DNA of 64,000 nt. Origin: Klebsormidium nitens. Taxonomy: Eukaryota; Plantae; Klebsormidiophyceae. The stretch lies in assembly GCA_000708835.1 (NCBI GenBank), contig DF237308.1, forward strand, positions 30,158-94,157. The letters run 5' to 3'. Shown here piece after piece: positions 62,301-64,000 of the stretch. The number at the start of each line of letters is the position of its first letter. Positions within the stretch are counted from its first letter, which is position 1. The notes beneath the pieces were generated by a model. It did no database searches, had not been told where the DNA came from, and worked only from the letters and a program-made list of their open reading frames with translations. A program made the translations under genes and the position numbers.

Positions 62301-62596
62301 TGTCCTCACAATGTGGAAAAGGGTGCCACCACCGGTGCATCCGACAACGTTGCCAAAATGACAACCAGGCATTGCTGCGAAGCAAGGTCATTTACAACAC
62401 CTGCACGTAGGCTTTGAGATCCTGCCCTCCATAGGAATTATTCCAAGATGGTAAAAGCACAAGCAGGGGGTTTCGCCCGGATTGGAACAATGTGGGAACA
62501 ATAACTTACTTTTCGCGCTGCGCATTGTTGAAAGTGGCTCTGTAGTTTCGGTTTCTTAAGGTTATCACCACAGCTTTCACATTGAAACCACACCAT
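59320..62596 (-). CDS. LYAR: LYAR-type C2HC zinc-finger nucleolar protein with a second C2H2 (U1/matrin-like) finger and a K/E-rich tail; 5 exons
   Basis: Exons 62596-62510 ([25 protein letters not shown]), 62225-62151 ([25 protein letters not shown]), 61516-60134 (VRYGP...[28 protein letters not shown]), then [12 protein letters not shown]...QILVQ and [20 protein letters not shown]. Confidence 0.93.
61682..61812. repeat. Degenerate ~30-33-bp tandem repeat in LYAR intron 2
   Basis: Four units begin (AT/AG)GGTGGT: ATGGTGGTAATAAGTTG, ATGGTGGTATGAAGTC, AGGGTGGTGATGAGTTG, ATGGTGGTAATAACTTG. Confidence 0.7.
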
Positions 62597-62812
62597 TGTC
62601 ACCAACAAATGGCTCGTCGCCTTCAAGTTGACCACCAACCAATTTTCAAATGGAGTGCTAGTAGCTCAGACTCAGATCTTCCAAGTTCCCATGCACTGAT
62701 GCAGATAAGGTACAATATACGGTAGATCAGGACCGCAAAAATACTGTGTTTGAAAGTCACTTGGTCTACTTTAATATACGGTACTTATCTTGCTCTCACC
62801 CCTCCATCATCT

Positions 62813-63022
62813 GGTCAGATGGCCGAGCGGTCTGTTACTTGAAGGCGCCAGCTTCAGGTGTTGCGGGAATCTGCTGGTCTTCGAGAAAGGGCTTACGTTT
62901 GAAATGTTTTCCGCCGTCGATTAGAGTCGGATGCCTGTATTTTCGCGATCGTGTCCATCCGTTAGCGATTTGCCGATCGGACGGCGCCGGCGACAGGGAC
63001 GGTTCTTACAGATGGTTTTTTT
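62813..63022 (+). ncRNA. tRNA-Leu(CAG)-headed Pol III-like unit, copy 1 (with 8-nt and 13-nt insertions)
   Basis: GGTCAGA TGGCCGAGCGGTCT[gttacttg]AAGGCG CCAGC TTCAGG[tgttgcgggaatc]T GCTGG, then a variable-arm-like segment, B-box-like GTTTGAAAT (62897-62905), ~110-nt body and T7 (63016-63022). No canonical T-arm or acceptor 3' strand. Confidence 0.6.
63016..63022 (+). terminator. Probable Pol III T-run terminator (T7)
   Basis: TTTTTTT exactly where similarity between the two copies ends. Confidence 0.55.
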
Positions 63023-63055
63023 AGCGATATTTTATTTGAAGGCTGCCGCCTCATC

Positions 63056-63243
63056 GGTCAGATGGCCGAGCGGTCTAAGGCGCCAGCTTCAGGAGACTGG
63101 TCGTCGAGAGAGGCCTTCCGTTTGAAATGTTCTCCGCCGTCGATTAGAGTCGGATGCCTGTATCCCGCGATCGTGTCCATCCGTTAGCGATTTGCCGATC
63201 GGACGGCGCCTACGATAGGGACGGCTCTTCCTGATGGTTTTTT
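63056..63243 (+). ncRNA. tRNA-Leu(CAG)-headed Pol III-like unit, copy 2
   Basis: GGTCAGATGGCCGAGCGGTCTAAGGCGCCAGCTTCAGGAGACTGG (A-box/D-arm and anticodon arm, CAG at 63090-63092), B-box-like GTTTGAAAT (63120-63128), a body nearly identical to copy 1, and T6 (63238-63243). Period 243 bp. Confidence 0.65.
63238..63243 (+). terminator. Probable Pol III T-run terminator (T6)
   Basis: TTTTTT closing copy 2. Confidence 0.55.
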
Positions 63244-63297
63244 GATGATTGATATATGAAAAGAGTGAGGCGAAGCCGAGGGTTGGGGTGGTTGAGC

Positions 63298-63482
63298 CAA
63301 TCACAGTCAAGACAGTCGATGACTCTTTCAACCGTGAGTGGCTCGGACAAGTCATCGGACGGTACACGTGAGCAACCGTCTTGACTCTGATTGCACCACG
63401 CTGGCAACTGTCTTCACTGTGGATGGCTTACTGTACCATCTCAAACCCGACCGTCAGATCAGCCCGGGTCTGCATCTGACGG
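63298..63482. repeat. Cluster of inverted repeats (hairpins)
   Basis: CAATCACAGTCAAGAC (63298-63313) / GTCTTGACTCTGATTG (63378-63393), 15/16 paired, inner CGATGAC/GTCATCG. Also CCGTCAGAT (63451-63459) / ATCTGACGG (63474-63482) perfect, and GATGG/CCATC (63422-63440). Confidence 0.85.
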
Positions 63483-64000
63483 CCCGAATGTGCAAGATCT
63501 TCTGGCACCTGTAAGTTCAGTCACGATTTGAAAATTGCCACGCTGGCATGGCTGCCGCTAGACTTAACTCCTGAGCTCGCGCCTCAGGTTGGTTCGCTGC
63601 ACCTGCAAAGCCTCTTGCCGCAACACAAGAACCAGGATGAGAGGTATGCCATATGGTCATTGAAGAGAAGGGCAAGAGAATGACAAGCCTATCAGTCTTC
63701 TGCCAGCGCAAGCGGGAGGCAAGCGGAGCGCAAGCAGGGCGCAAGCATGGCCCTTAAAGCGAGAGTGTTGAGAGAGCAGCTGTTTGAGCAGTCTGATTAC
63801 TGAGTGCAGAGCCGCAATATGTCAGACATACAAGCCAAAGGTAAGTCGAGATTTGGTAGAGAAATTGTGTCTATCATGGCGAGTCTCTTTTGTCATGACG
63901 CTGGCAGCTTTGAGGGTTGCCGTTCCGTCATCAGGATGGAAACTACTCTGAATGTTGGCCCTGGCATTAACAGCAGCAGTAGTACAGCAGAGATGGATTT

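Noticed and set aside
63056-63137. Functional tRNA-Leu(CAG) (or tRNA-Sec via TCA) call
   Set aside because: The T-stem does not pair, there is no adjacent acceptor 3' strand, and the anticodon stem has an extra base. The Sec reading needs 3 extra bases. It is a tRNA-derived head only.
63222-63237. Box C/D snoRNA reading of the body (CTGA near the 3' end) and CGGCTCTTCCT resemblance to LSU rRNA
   Set aside because: Copy 1 has CAGA and a different sequence there, there is no clear box C, and the rRNA resemblance (from memory) is sense rather than antisense.

Overview
Eukaryotic, intron-rich genomic DNA with GT-AG introns throughout my gene models and one 611-N assembly gap. The gene mix suggests a flagellate streptophyte alga such as Klebsormidium (inference): plant-type SNF4 with CBM48, a plant CW-zinc-finger protein and a plastid TerC sit alongside inner- and outer-dynein-arm genes. 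I reconstructed ten spliced protein genes by hand: dynein light chain p28 (+), a ~1910-aa uncharacterised protein with a Calx-beta domain (-), SnRK1 beta-gamma/SNF4 (-), mitochondrial SHMT (+), YKT6 (-), GDT1/UPF0016 (+), TerC (+), ODA-docking subunit DC2/ODA1 (-), CW-type zinc finger CWZF (+) and a LYAR-type C2HC zinc-finger protein (-). Several intergenic stretches are rich in CATG/TGCA/CTAG and look like 5mC-deaminated relics. The two best leads are (1) a tandem pair of Pol III-like units made of a tRNA-Leu(CAG) head, a conserved structured ~110-nt non-tRNA body and a T-run (62.8-63.2 kb), and (2) the intron-split Calx-beta domain in a large soluble coiled-coil protein. All protein family calls come from remembered motifs; no database search was run.
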